This document shows, piece by piece, positions 24,137 through 31,040 of a stretch of 32,000 bases of DNA (within the stretch, counting starts at the first letter, position 1; each line of letters starts with the position of its first letter). Source of the stretch: Kineococcus radiotolerans SRS30216 = ATCC BAA-149 (GTDB lineage Bacteria; Actinomycetota; Actinomycetes; Actinomycetales; Kineococcaceae); contig NC_009664.2 of the NCBI RefSeq assembly GCF_000017305.1, positions 1-32,000 on the forward strand. The letters are read 5' to 3'. The position numbers and the translations under genes were made by a program. The notes below the pieces were generated by a model. That model had not been told where the DNA came from, did no database searches, and worked only from the letters and a program-made list of their open reading frames with translations.

Positions 24137-26035
24137 TCAGCGCCCGGCGCGGCCTCCAGTGCTCCCCGCCGGGTCCAGGACGATCCGCTGAACGGGCGCG
24201 GCGAGGACCTGCTGCCAGCGCGGGAGCACCGGATCGCGGTGGAAGCGCAACCGCCCCGCCGGTCGCGACCCGCGCCGGCCACCTGCGTGCCAGGCATCCA
24301 GCGCGGCGGCGCTGGCGCGCAGAGCCGCGACGGCGCGGTGGGGGTCGAGGAGGTCGAGGTCCCCCCAGTCGTCCCCCCGGTCGCCTCTGCGGTCGCCTTC
24401 CCAGCCGCTCCCGCGCTCATCCTGCTCGCCCTGCTCACTCTCGAAGCCGCTCCTGCCCAAGTGCTCGCGCATCAGCTGCAGGCGCAGATCTCGAGCGAAG
24501 CGGCGGGCACCGTCGCCCAGCCCGGCCGGGTCAGCAGGCTCGCGCTGATCGTGGGCCTCGTCCAAGACGGCAACCGACAGTTCGGAGTCATGGCTCCAGG
24601 ACCGACGGTTGAGGTTGTCGCTGCGCACGCACGCCCACACGTCGTCGACGATGGTGACCTTGGAGTGGACGTAGACCGCCTCGCCCTGCTCGTTCTCCAC
24701 GTCGAAGACGTGCACACGGTCCCCGCCCGCGGCGCGCAGGACCTCCAACGCCCGCACCTGCCCCAGCAGCAGCGCAGGCGCCGCCAGGCCCCCGCGCTTG
24801 GGGTGACGCGGCACCAGGACGACCAACTGCAACCCGGATGTAGCGCGCAGGGCATCGGCGAAGACGCCGGCCACCTGCCGCGACCACAGGAACTGCTCCT
24901 CCACGTAGACCAGACGCCGGGCCCGGCGCAGCACCTTGACGTGAGCGGCGACGATGCTGGCCTCCCCCTGGGGGGCGAAGGGGTAGCGCGGCCAACGGCG
25001 CGGGTAGGTCCGCAGCAACTGCACCACGCACGAGCCGGGTGTGAGCGCATCGGGTGCGGGGCCCAGCGCGGGACCCCCCGGCGTGGGCTCCCCCGGCGCG
25101 GGCTCCCCCGGCGCGGGCTCCCCCGAGGTGGGCTCCTCTTCAGCTGGGTGAGCAGCCGCGGCCGGCATCGGCTGCGGTGGGGGAAGCGGTACCGGCCGCC
25201 GCACGAGACGGCGCAGCAGGTCCGAGCCGACCTGCCACGGCAGCAGCGACAGCGGCGCACGGTCCTCCCACCGTTCGCGGAAGACGGTCTCGACGTGGTC
25301 CACCGCGGGCCCGCGGACCGCGGTGTGGATGTCGTGCCACGAGGGATGGCGCCCGTACTTGCTCCCGAAGGACATCCGCTGCCGGTCCCCGTGGTGAGCG
25401 GTCCCGTCACGGCGACTGTGGGCGAGGTCGAGGCTGCCGACGAAGGCGACATCGTCCTGGGGACGGTGCAGGTGCCGGATGACGAGGAACTTCTGGTGGT
25501 GACTGCCCAGGGTCCGCACCCGCTGGTCCAGCAGGACCTCCGCGCCCCCCTTCACCTTCTGAGCCAGGTGGCGGTTTCGCTCAGGCACCAGACGCTGCCA
25601 ATCCCACGGTGAGCGCCACACCAGGCCCTTGACCACCGCACCGCGGCGGGCGGCGGCGGTGAGAGCCTCAGCGATCGTGGGCCCGTCGTCGGTGAGCAGC
25701 TCATCGGGATCGCCCTGCCAGTCGGCGAAGAGCACCAGATCACCCTCACCGCTCCCCGCCAGCGCTGCGGCCAGCGCCGAGAAGTAGGCCACCCCGTCGA
25801 CGAGGGGCTGCACCCGGTTCCCCCGGCTCCACGCGGGCAGGCGGGTGGCGCCGTTGCCGCGTTCGGCACCGCTCAGCAGCCAGACGGTCGCAGACCGGTC
25901 ACCGGCACCATCCCCGGCGCCATCCCTGGTGGCCGTCGCGCCCTTGGTAGCAGCGGTGGTGGCGCTAGCAGCGGCGGTGGCGCTAGCAGCGGTGGTGGCG
26001 GCGGTACTGAAGGTGGCGTCCTGGTGGTGGCTCAT
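24137..26035 (-). CDS. phospholipase D-like protein with two HKD motifs
   Basis: Track ORF 24137..26632 trimmed to ATG 26035 (MSHHQDATFS...), which overlaps the stop of the upstream kinase gene (ATGA). First motif GSHHQKFLVIRH...VAFVGSLDL. Second motif YVHSKVTIVDDVWACVRSDNLNRRS. The N-terminal GNRVQPLVDGVAYFSAL...ADWQGDPDELL resembles long PLD enzymes. Confidence 0.85.
   Translation of the reverse strand: MSHHQDATFSTAATTAASATAAASATTAATKGATATRDGAGDGAGDRSATVWLLSGAERGNGATRLPAWSRGNRVQPLVDGVAYFSALAAALAGSGEGDLVLFADWQGDPDELLTDDGPTIAEALTAAARRGAVVKGLVWRSPWDWQRLVPERNRHLAQKVKGGAEVLLDQRVRTLGSHHQKFLVIRHLHRPQDDVAFVGSLDLAHSRRDGTAHHGDRQRMSFGSKYGRHPSWHDIHTAVRGPAVDHVETVFRERWEDRAPLSLLPWQVGSDLLRRLVRRPVPLPPPQPMPAAAAHPAEEEPTSGEPAPGEPAPGEPTPGGPALGPAPDALTPGSCVVQLLRTYPRRWPRYPFAPQGEASIVAAHVKVLRRARRLVYVEEQFLWSRQVAGVFADALRATSGLQLVVLVPRHPKRGGLAAPALLLGQVRALEVLRAAGGDRVHVFDVENEQGEAVYVHSKVTIVDDVWACVRSDNLNRRSWSHDSELSVAVLDEAHDQREPADPAGLGDGARRFARDLRLQLMREHLGRSGFESEQGEQDERGSGWEGDRRGDRGDDWGDLDLLDPHRAVAALRASAAALDAWHAGGRRGSRPAGRLRFHRDPVLPRWQQVLAAPVQRIVLDPAGSTGGRAGR
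25066..25140 (-). repeat. in-frame 15-bp tandem repeat x5 in the PLD gene
   Basis: GCGCGGGCTCCCCCG-type units encoding SGEPA/PGEPA/PGEPT/PGGPA. Confidence 0.9.
25950..26003 (-). repeat. in-frame 18-bp tandem repeat x3 at the PLD N-terminus
   Basis: GCAGCGGTGGTGGCGCTA-type units encoding AATTAAS/ATAAAS/ATTAAT. Confidence 0.9.
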
Positions 26036-27003
26036 CGGATGACGCTCACCGCGGCGGGCGCGCAGGAGACGACGACCTCCACACCGGTCTCGACCTGGTG
26101 GACCTCCCCGTCCATCTGCACCGGCATCGGCGTGGCGGTGGTGAAGGCGTACGGCTCCTCGCGGGAGATGACCTCGTGCGTGCCGCGCACCAGACGCAGG
26201 ACGCTGGCCAGCAGCTTCAGCTTGCTGCGGTGGCGAATCAGCAGCGTCTCGTAGGTGCCGTCGGTGGGTGAGGATTCCTGCGACAAGGTGGCGTACTTGG
26301 CCATCCGGTCGATGTTGGCGAACACCAGGCTGTCCAGCTGAATGCGGTGGCCGTCGTGGGTAATGGTGAACGGGCGGTAGCGCCAGACACTGCGCAGCGC
26401 CAGCAGGCTCTCCTTCACCGCGTCCAGGTCGTGCTGGTTGAACTCCACCGCAACCACGGGGGTGATGCCCAACCCGACGTAGGAGTGCGCGTAGCGCGGC
26501 TCCTGACCGTCGATGAGCACCTCCAGCAGGTCCATCTGCGACACCGTCCCCGCCACGATCGCCTCCACCAGGGGCCGCTCCTGCACCGCCGTGGCGTGGT
26601 CGTTGGCGTTGCCCGAGGCCAGCACCGCGCACACCCCGGCACCGGGGACCCGGCGCCGGGCGCGCATGACACCGTTGACGACCTCGTGGTAGCCGCCGTC
26701 ACCGCTGGCGGAGACCACCAACGTGGCCGGGTGCTCGCTGACGGCCCGCTCAGCGAGTTCCACCGCATGCCCGGCGTGCTGGGTCTGGGCCAGCTGCACC
26801 ACCGTGGCGGGAAGACGCTGGGCGAGCTGAGCGCGCAACTGCTCGCCGTTGCCTGGACCGTCACCGGTGCTGTGGGGGTTGTAGATGACCACCACGCGAT
26901 CGAAGTGCCCGGTTACCGCCTGGATCGCTGCTCGAGTCGCTGCCTGGATCACTGCTGGAACCTCCGATGGGGTGTCGGCGGACACTCCACCATTCGCCGA
27001 CAT
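26032..27003 (-). CDS. diacylglycerol-kinase-family (DAGK_cat, YegS/BmrU-like) lipid kinase
   Basis: RVVVIYNPHSTGDG, VVSASGDGGYHEVVNG (GGDGT-type motif) and LASGNANDHA (GTGNDFA-type motif). Start uncertain: ATG 27003 is preferred and GTG 27099 is possible. Confidence 0.8.
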   Translation of the reverse strand: MSANGGVSADTPSEVPAVIQAATRAAIQAVTGHFDRVVVIYNPHSTGDGPGNGEQLRAQLAQRLPATVVQLAQTQHAGHAVELAERAVSEHPATLVVSASGDGGYHEVVNGVMRARRRVPGAGVCAVLASGNANDHATAVQERPLVEAIVAGTVSQMDLLEVLIDGQEPRYAHSYVGLGITPVVAVEFNQHDLDAVKESLLALRSVWRYRPFTITHDGHRIQLDSLVFANIDRMAKYATLSQESSPTDGTYETLLIRHRSKLKLLASVLRLVRGTHEVISREEPYAFTTATPMPVQMDGEVHQVETGVEVVVSCAPAAVSVIR

Positions 27004-27530
27004 TGCCACGCAGCGCGCACGGCAGCCACCTGGGGCGGGCTGCGCACTCTGACCTTCCAGCTCTCGGACTTCAGGCTCCAGCGCAGCACACGGACCCACT
27101 GGAGCGAGGCGACGGGACTGCTCGGCAGTGATGGATGTGGCTGCACTGTTCAGACGAGCCCTCTTGCGCTCAGGCCGCTACCCGCGCGCAGCCGTCGCAG
27201 CGCCGCACACGGCGCCGGTCGCAACGCCGTGCACGACGTCGATGACGTCGGCCCCGCTCAGCCACGCCTCGGTCGCACCCCACGGAGCCCTCCGGCGATC
27301 ACCTTCCCTGCGCGCAGCCTGCCTGCCTCTCCCCGTCAGCACGTCAGCGCCGGTGGATCCGGTTGCGTTCAGGGGCGGGGCCGCCGGTAGCGGCATGACG
27401 GCGACGGCGCGAAGGGCCCTGCAACAGCTCGGGCCTGGTTGTCGGGAAGGAGGCCGTCGGGGATGGGGCGGGTGGCTACGCGCGATGTCACCGAGCCGGT
27501 GACACGGAGGAGGCGTTAGCGTCTCGGAGC

Positions 27531-28802
27531 ATGAGCGCTGGTGCGTCCGAGCGGACACTGGTCATGGTGCGCACCCTGATGGACCGTGCCCACCTGGCCA
27601 CCACCGGGCAGATCCCCGACGCCACCCTGGAGGCCGCCCGCACGCTGGGCTGGACGGCCCAGCTCTACCTCACCGACCACGAGCAGCGCCTGCTGCTGCC
27701 GCTGCCCACCACCGGCCTGGCACCGCGGCGCCCGCAACTCATCGCCACCACCGTGGCCGGGCGCTGCTTCCGCGGCATGCGACCGCTGACTGTCCCCAAC
27801 GACAGCACCCGCGTCTGGCTGCCCGTCTTCGACGGCGCCGACCGCCTGGGTGTCCTCGAACTCACCGTCCCCGAGGGCGGGGACCTCGACGACGAGGTGT
27901 TCGCCGAGCGCTGCCGGCTGCTGGCCCACCTGAGCGGGCACCTGATCGCGGCGAAGAGCCCCTATGGCGACGCGCTGGACCGCATCCGGCGCCGGCGACC
28001 GCGCACGGTGGCCTCCGAACTGCTGCACCAGGTCCTGCCGCCGCTGACTTTCGCGTGTGAGGGACTGGTCGTCTCCTGTCTGCTGCAACCGGCGTACGAC
28101 GTGGCCGCGGACGCCTTCGACTACAGCGTCGTCGACGAGACCGCGCACCTGGCCGTGCTGGACGCCACCGGTCACGACGTGCACGGCACGATCCTGGCGG
28201 CGCTGGCGCTCTCGGCCTACCGCAACAGCCGCCGCAACGGCCACGGCCTCGGCGAGGCGGTACGTGCCGTGGACGCGGTGATCGCCGAGCACGGCGGCGG
28301 TGAGCGCTTCGCCACCGGTGTCCTGGGTGAGCTCGACCTCGGTACGGGTCGGCTGCGCTACCTCAACGCCGGGCACCCCGCTCCCCTGCTGCTGCGCGAG
28401 GGCAAGGTCGTCAAGGAGCTCGAGGGCGGACGGCGCATCCTCCTCGGTCTGGGTGAGGGGCAGGTCGACCTCGCCGAGGAGTGGCTGCAGCCTGGGGACC
28501 GGATCCTCTGCTACACCGACGGCATCACCGAGGCGCGCGACCTCGACGGCGCCTTTCTCGGCGTCGAGGGTCTCGTGGAGCATCTGCACAAGGCCGCCGC
28601 CGCGCAGCTCACCGCCCCCGAGACCCTGCGACGCATCAGCCACGACGTCCTGGAGCGCCAAGGCGGCGTCCTGCAGGACGACGCGACCTTGCTCATCGCC
28701 GAGTGGGCCAGCACGCGGGAGCGTGACTTCGTGACGTCCTCCGCCGAGGACGTCGACGGACGAGACTTCACCCCCTCCCGCGCCGGCGGTCTCCGGCGCT
28801 GA
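27531..28802 (+). CDS. PP2C-family (SpoIIE/RsbU-like) serine phosphatase with an N-terminal GAF-like sensor region
   Basis: C-terminal half: VSCLLQPAYDVAADAFDY...AVLDATGHDVHGTILAAL...ERFATGVLGELDL..GRLRYLNAGHPAPLLL...YTDGITEARD...DDATLLIAEW. The N-terminal region of about 170 aa (VWLPVFDGADRLGVLEL) is GAF-like. Confidence 0.85.
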   Translation: MSAGASERTLVMVRTLMDRAHLATTGQIPDATLEAARTLGWTAQLYLTDHEQRLLLPLPTTGLAPRRPQLIATTVAGRCFRGMRPLTVPNDSTRVWLPVFDGADRLGVLELTVPEGGDLDDEVFAERCRLLAHLSGHLIAAKSPYGDALDRIRRRRPRTVASELLHQVLPPLTFACEGLVVSCLLQPAYDVAADAFDYSVVDETAHLAVLDATGHDVHGTILAALALSAYRNSRRNGHGLGEAVRAVDAVIAEHGGGERFATGVLGELDLGTGRLRYLNAGHPAPLLLREGKVVKELEGGRRILLGLGEGQVDLAEEWLQPGDRILCYTDGITEARDLDGAFLGVEGLVEHLHKAAAAQLTAPETLRRISHDVLERQGGVLQDDATLLIAEWASTRERDFVTSSAEDVDGRDFTPSRAGGLRR

Positions 28803-28860
28803 CCACCTGGTCCGCCGGCGTCCGCGGTCCCCCGCTTCCGGCCTCCTCGGGTACAGCCGG

Positions 28861-28886
28861 TGTGTCAAGACCCGGGTCTTGACACA
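28861..28886. repeat. perfect 26-bp inverted repeat TGTGTCAAGACCC|GGGTCTTGACACA
   Basis: Read directly from the sequence, 59 nt after the PP2C stop. It contains TTGACA on both strands. It could act as a hairpin terminator or as a dimeric-regulator operator. Confidence 0.9.
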
Positions 28887-28926
28887 TCCCAGACGTGCAC
28901 ATCCCAGACGTGCACATCCCGTACGG
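28883..28926. repeat. 15-bp tandem repeat x2.9 (CACATCCCAGACGTG)
   Basis: Begins inside the right arm of the palindrome and ends 22 nt before the GNAT ATG. Confidence 0.9.
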
Positions 28927-28947
28927 CTAGCCCTACAACGTTGGATC

Positions 28948-29396
28948 ATGGCCCGACTGCGTGTGCGCACAGAAGCAGACGTAGCGACGATCGTCAGCTG
29001 GGTCCCCGACGCTGCCGCCCTCCACCGCTTCGCCGGTCCCTGGCTCACCTGGCCCTCGACCATCGAGCAGCTCAACGACGTCACCGCCCGACCAGGAGCC
29101 ACCGCCTGGGTAGTCGACGGCCCCACGGCGTGGCCGGCCACATCCAACTCACCCCCACCGACGGCGCCATGCGCGTGGGACGTGCCCTGGTCGACCCGGC
29201 GCAGCGAGGTCGAGGAACTGGCCGCCAGCTCGTCGCCCTGGCCCTGGCGCTGGCCCGTTCTCAGGGAGCGGTCCGAGTCGACCTGGGCGTGCTCGCGGAC
29301 AACTGGTCCGCGCGCCGCATCTACGACGCCCTCGGATTCGTCCCCATCGCCGATCCGGATCCCTCCGGCGTGGTCATGATGACGTGCCCCTCCTGA
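28948..29396 (+). pseudogene. GNAT-family N-acetyltransferase, frame-disrupted
   Basis: The N-terminal half (MARLRVRTEADVATIVSWVPDAAALHRF...ATAWVVDGP) reads in the ATG 28948 frame. The C-terminal half (HGVAGHIQL...VDPAQRGRGTGRQLVALALALAR...ARRIYDALGF) reads one frame back. The switch is at the C4 run 29121-29124. Confidence 0.7.
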
Positions 29397-29691
29397 CATC
29401 ACTCGTACTGACGCGGTGCGCTGCGGCCGCTCGTGGTGCGCGGCGCGGACGCCAGGGTCGCCCACGGAGGTCACACCCGCCCTGGCCGCAGCAACACGAT
29501 GGGTCCCTGTCACCCATGCACGCGGCCGTCACTGACGTCTTCATCAAGAGCCGGGTGAGGACGTTGGTGGCCGCCGTTGGCGGCCGCTGATCGGCGGAGA
29601 TCCTGCCCGCGACAGCGCGCGGTCATCCCGCGCTCAGTGGGCACTGTCGTTGGCAGCCGGCGATATCGCGGACTCGTCGATCTGTGGACGT

Positions 29692-29729
29692 CCTGGTCGG
29701 GGCGGTGCCTCGGCGCCGCCCCGACCAGG
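29692..29729. terminator. strong stem-loop between convergent genes (candidate bidirectional terminator)
   Basis: CCTGGTCGGGGCGG-N10-CCGCCCCGACCAGG, a perfect 14-bp stem 23 nt beyond the methyltransferase stop. No U-tract follows. Confidence 0.5.
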
Positions 29730-29751
29730 CGGCCCCCGCTGCGGGAGCACG

Positions 29752-30258
29752 TCACGAGTCCAGGGACAGCTCCTGCAGCGGGTCGCCCCCATCGATGAAG
29801 ACGCGACCACCAGGAGCCAAGGCGGCCAGAAGCCGCTGCATCGCCTGGTGCCCGGCTGCGGGATGGCGACCGTCCAGGGCCCCCACCCGCACCGCGAACA
29901 CGATGTCGAACCCCGGCTCCCCCGGCTCCAGCACGAACGATTCCACCGCGACGCACCGCACCCCCATCCGCCCCGAAGCGATCTCGGCCTTCGACCCCGC
30001 CCGCGCCTGCGCAATCGCGGCCGCGGAGCGGTCGATCGCCAACACGAAGCCCGTCTCCAACCTCTGAGCCACCGCACGCGACGCAGCACCCGGTCCGCAC
30101 CCCACCTCCAGCACGCGGGACGCAGGAGTCAACGGCAGCGCGTCCACGACCGCCGCCAACCGGGAGGACAACCTCGCCGTCACACCAAAAAGCGTAGGCA
30201 CGACTGCAGTCGACGTCACCGGTGCAGGCCCACCCACGAGCGACGACTTCACGGTCAT
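29752..30258 (-). CDS. class I SAM-dependent methyltransferase
   Basis: Motif I VLEVGCGPGAAS, followed by AIDRS.. and DIVFAV. Start ATG 30258 is preferred (MTVKSS...). The track start 30324 has an identical sequence context. Confidence 0.8.
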   Translation of the reverse strand: MTVKSSLVGGPAPVTSTAVVPTLFGVTARLSSRLAAVVDALPLTPASRVLEVGCGPGAASRAVAQRLETGFVLAIDRSAAAIAQARAGSKAEIASGRMGVRCVAVESFVLEPGEPGFDIVFAVRVGALDGRHPAAGHQAMQRLLAALAPGGRVFIDGGDPLQELSLDS

Positions 30259-30520
30259 CCCGCGATGAGGGACTGTTACCCGCCCCAAAGCCGCCCCAAG
30301 GGGGGTGCGCGACCGCGCGGTCATCCCGCGGTGTGCGCGCTATCGCCGGCGGCAGACGACCTCACTCATCTGCCGATGACCATGCGATCACCAAAGACCG
30401 ATTCGTCGTGGGAGGAGGCAGCTCCGCGGCGTCCTCGACGCCGCGGGGCCGGCTCATCGCACCTTCTTGCGAACCGGCCGTACCCGCACCGCAGCTTCCA
30501 TCACCTTTGCCGCGATGGAT

Positions 30521-30570
30521 GAACGGGCGACGACGAACGGGCGACGACGAACGGGCGACGACGAACGGGC
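30521..30570. repeat. 14-bp tandem repeat x3.6 (GAACGGGCGACGAC)
   Basis: Read directly from the sequence, about 30 nt beyond the DUF1330 stop. Confidence 0.9.
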
Positions 30571-30601
30571 ATTGGCGAGCGCGGCCCCCGCGTGATGGAG
30601 G

Positions 30602-30934
30602 TCAGGCCGCCGGGGCGGTCCCGGGCAGGAAGATCAGCCGGCGACGCATGGCGGTAGCCGCGATCTCGCGAGCCGGGGCGTACTCCGCGGAGTCGTACCA
30701 GGCCTGCAGGGTTTCCATGTCCGGCCACTGGACGACCGCGGCCACGATCCCCGCCTCGCCCTCGGCGGCCGTGGGTGAGGCGCCGAGGACGACGAAGCGG
30801 CCGCCGAACTTCTCCACCGTGGCCGGGGTCAGCTCGGCGTAGCGCTGGGCGCCGGCGGGGTCGAGGACCTGGAGGACCTCGGTGATGCTGTATGCGGGGG
30901 TGCGGGTGGTGTTGGGGGCGGTGGTCTCGGACAC
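30602..30934 (-). CDS. DUF1330-domain protein
   Basis: Trimmed to GTG 30934, with AAGGAG 7 nt upstream. PAYSITEVLQVLDPAGAQRYAELTPATVEKFGGRFVVLG...WPDMETLQAWYDSAEY fits DUF1330. Confidence 0.75.
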   Translation of the reverse strand: MSETTAPNTTRTPAYSITEVLQVLDPAGAQRYAELTPATVEKFGGRFVVLGASPTAAEGEAGIVAAVVQWPDMETLQAWYDSAEYAPAREIAATAMRRRLIFLPGTAPAA

Positions 30935-31040
30935 GGGAGTTCTCCTTCGGGTGGCTTGCTCGGGTGTGGTGGTCGGGCGTGGTGGTTCAGGTGGGTTCTT
31001 CAGGTCCTGCGTCGGGTTCAAGGCCCGGGTGGGTGTTGCT

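Noticed and set aside
23477-25612. 711-aa plus-strand ORF, the longest in the window.
   Set aside because: It is a shadow ORF antisense to the PLD gene. It is Arg/Pro/Gly-rich with no recognisable motifs, while the minus strand carries two clear HKD motifs. Long antisense ORFs are expected at this GC content.
24137-27003. The PLD as a nuclease-type anti-phage defence gene, or the cluster as a defence island.
   Set aside because: The PLD has the long lipid-PLD-like N-terminal architecture and is translationally coupled to a lipid kinase. No helicase, methylase, nuclease, Toll-like or other defence-associated genes are nearby. Lipid metabolism is the more economical reading.
27516-29513. 665-aa minus-strand ORF.
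   Set aside because: It is antisense to the PP2C gene and the GNAT pseudogene, both of which have clear family motifs. Its composition is low-complexity Gly/Arg/Ala/Val.
29510-30100. 196-aa minus-strand ORF and the overlapping ORFs 29634..30089 and 29650..30522.
   Set aside because: They are out of frame with, or antisense to, the methyltransferase gene, which carries a clear SAM-binding motif. Their sequence is Arg/Gly-rich low complexity.
1517-30378. A shared 19-mer, CCTCACTCA(C/T)CTGCCGATG, at 1517-1535 and 30360-30378.
   Set aside because: This is a single 18-of-19 match. My rough estimate puts it near the chance expectation for all pairwise comparisons in 32 kb of biased composition, and the flanks align only weakly.
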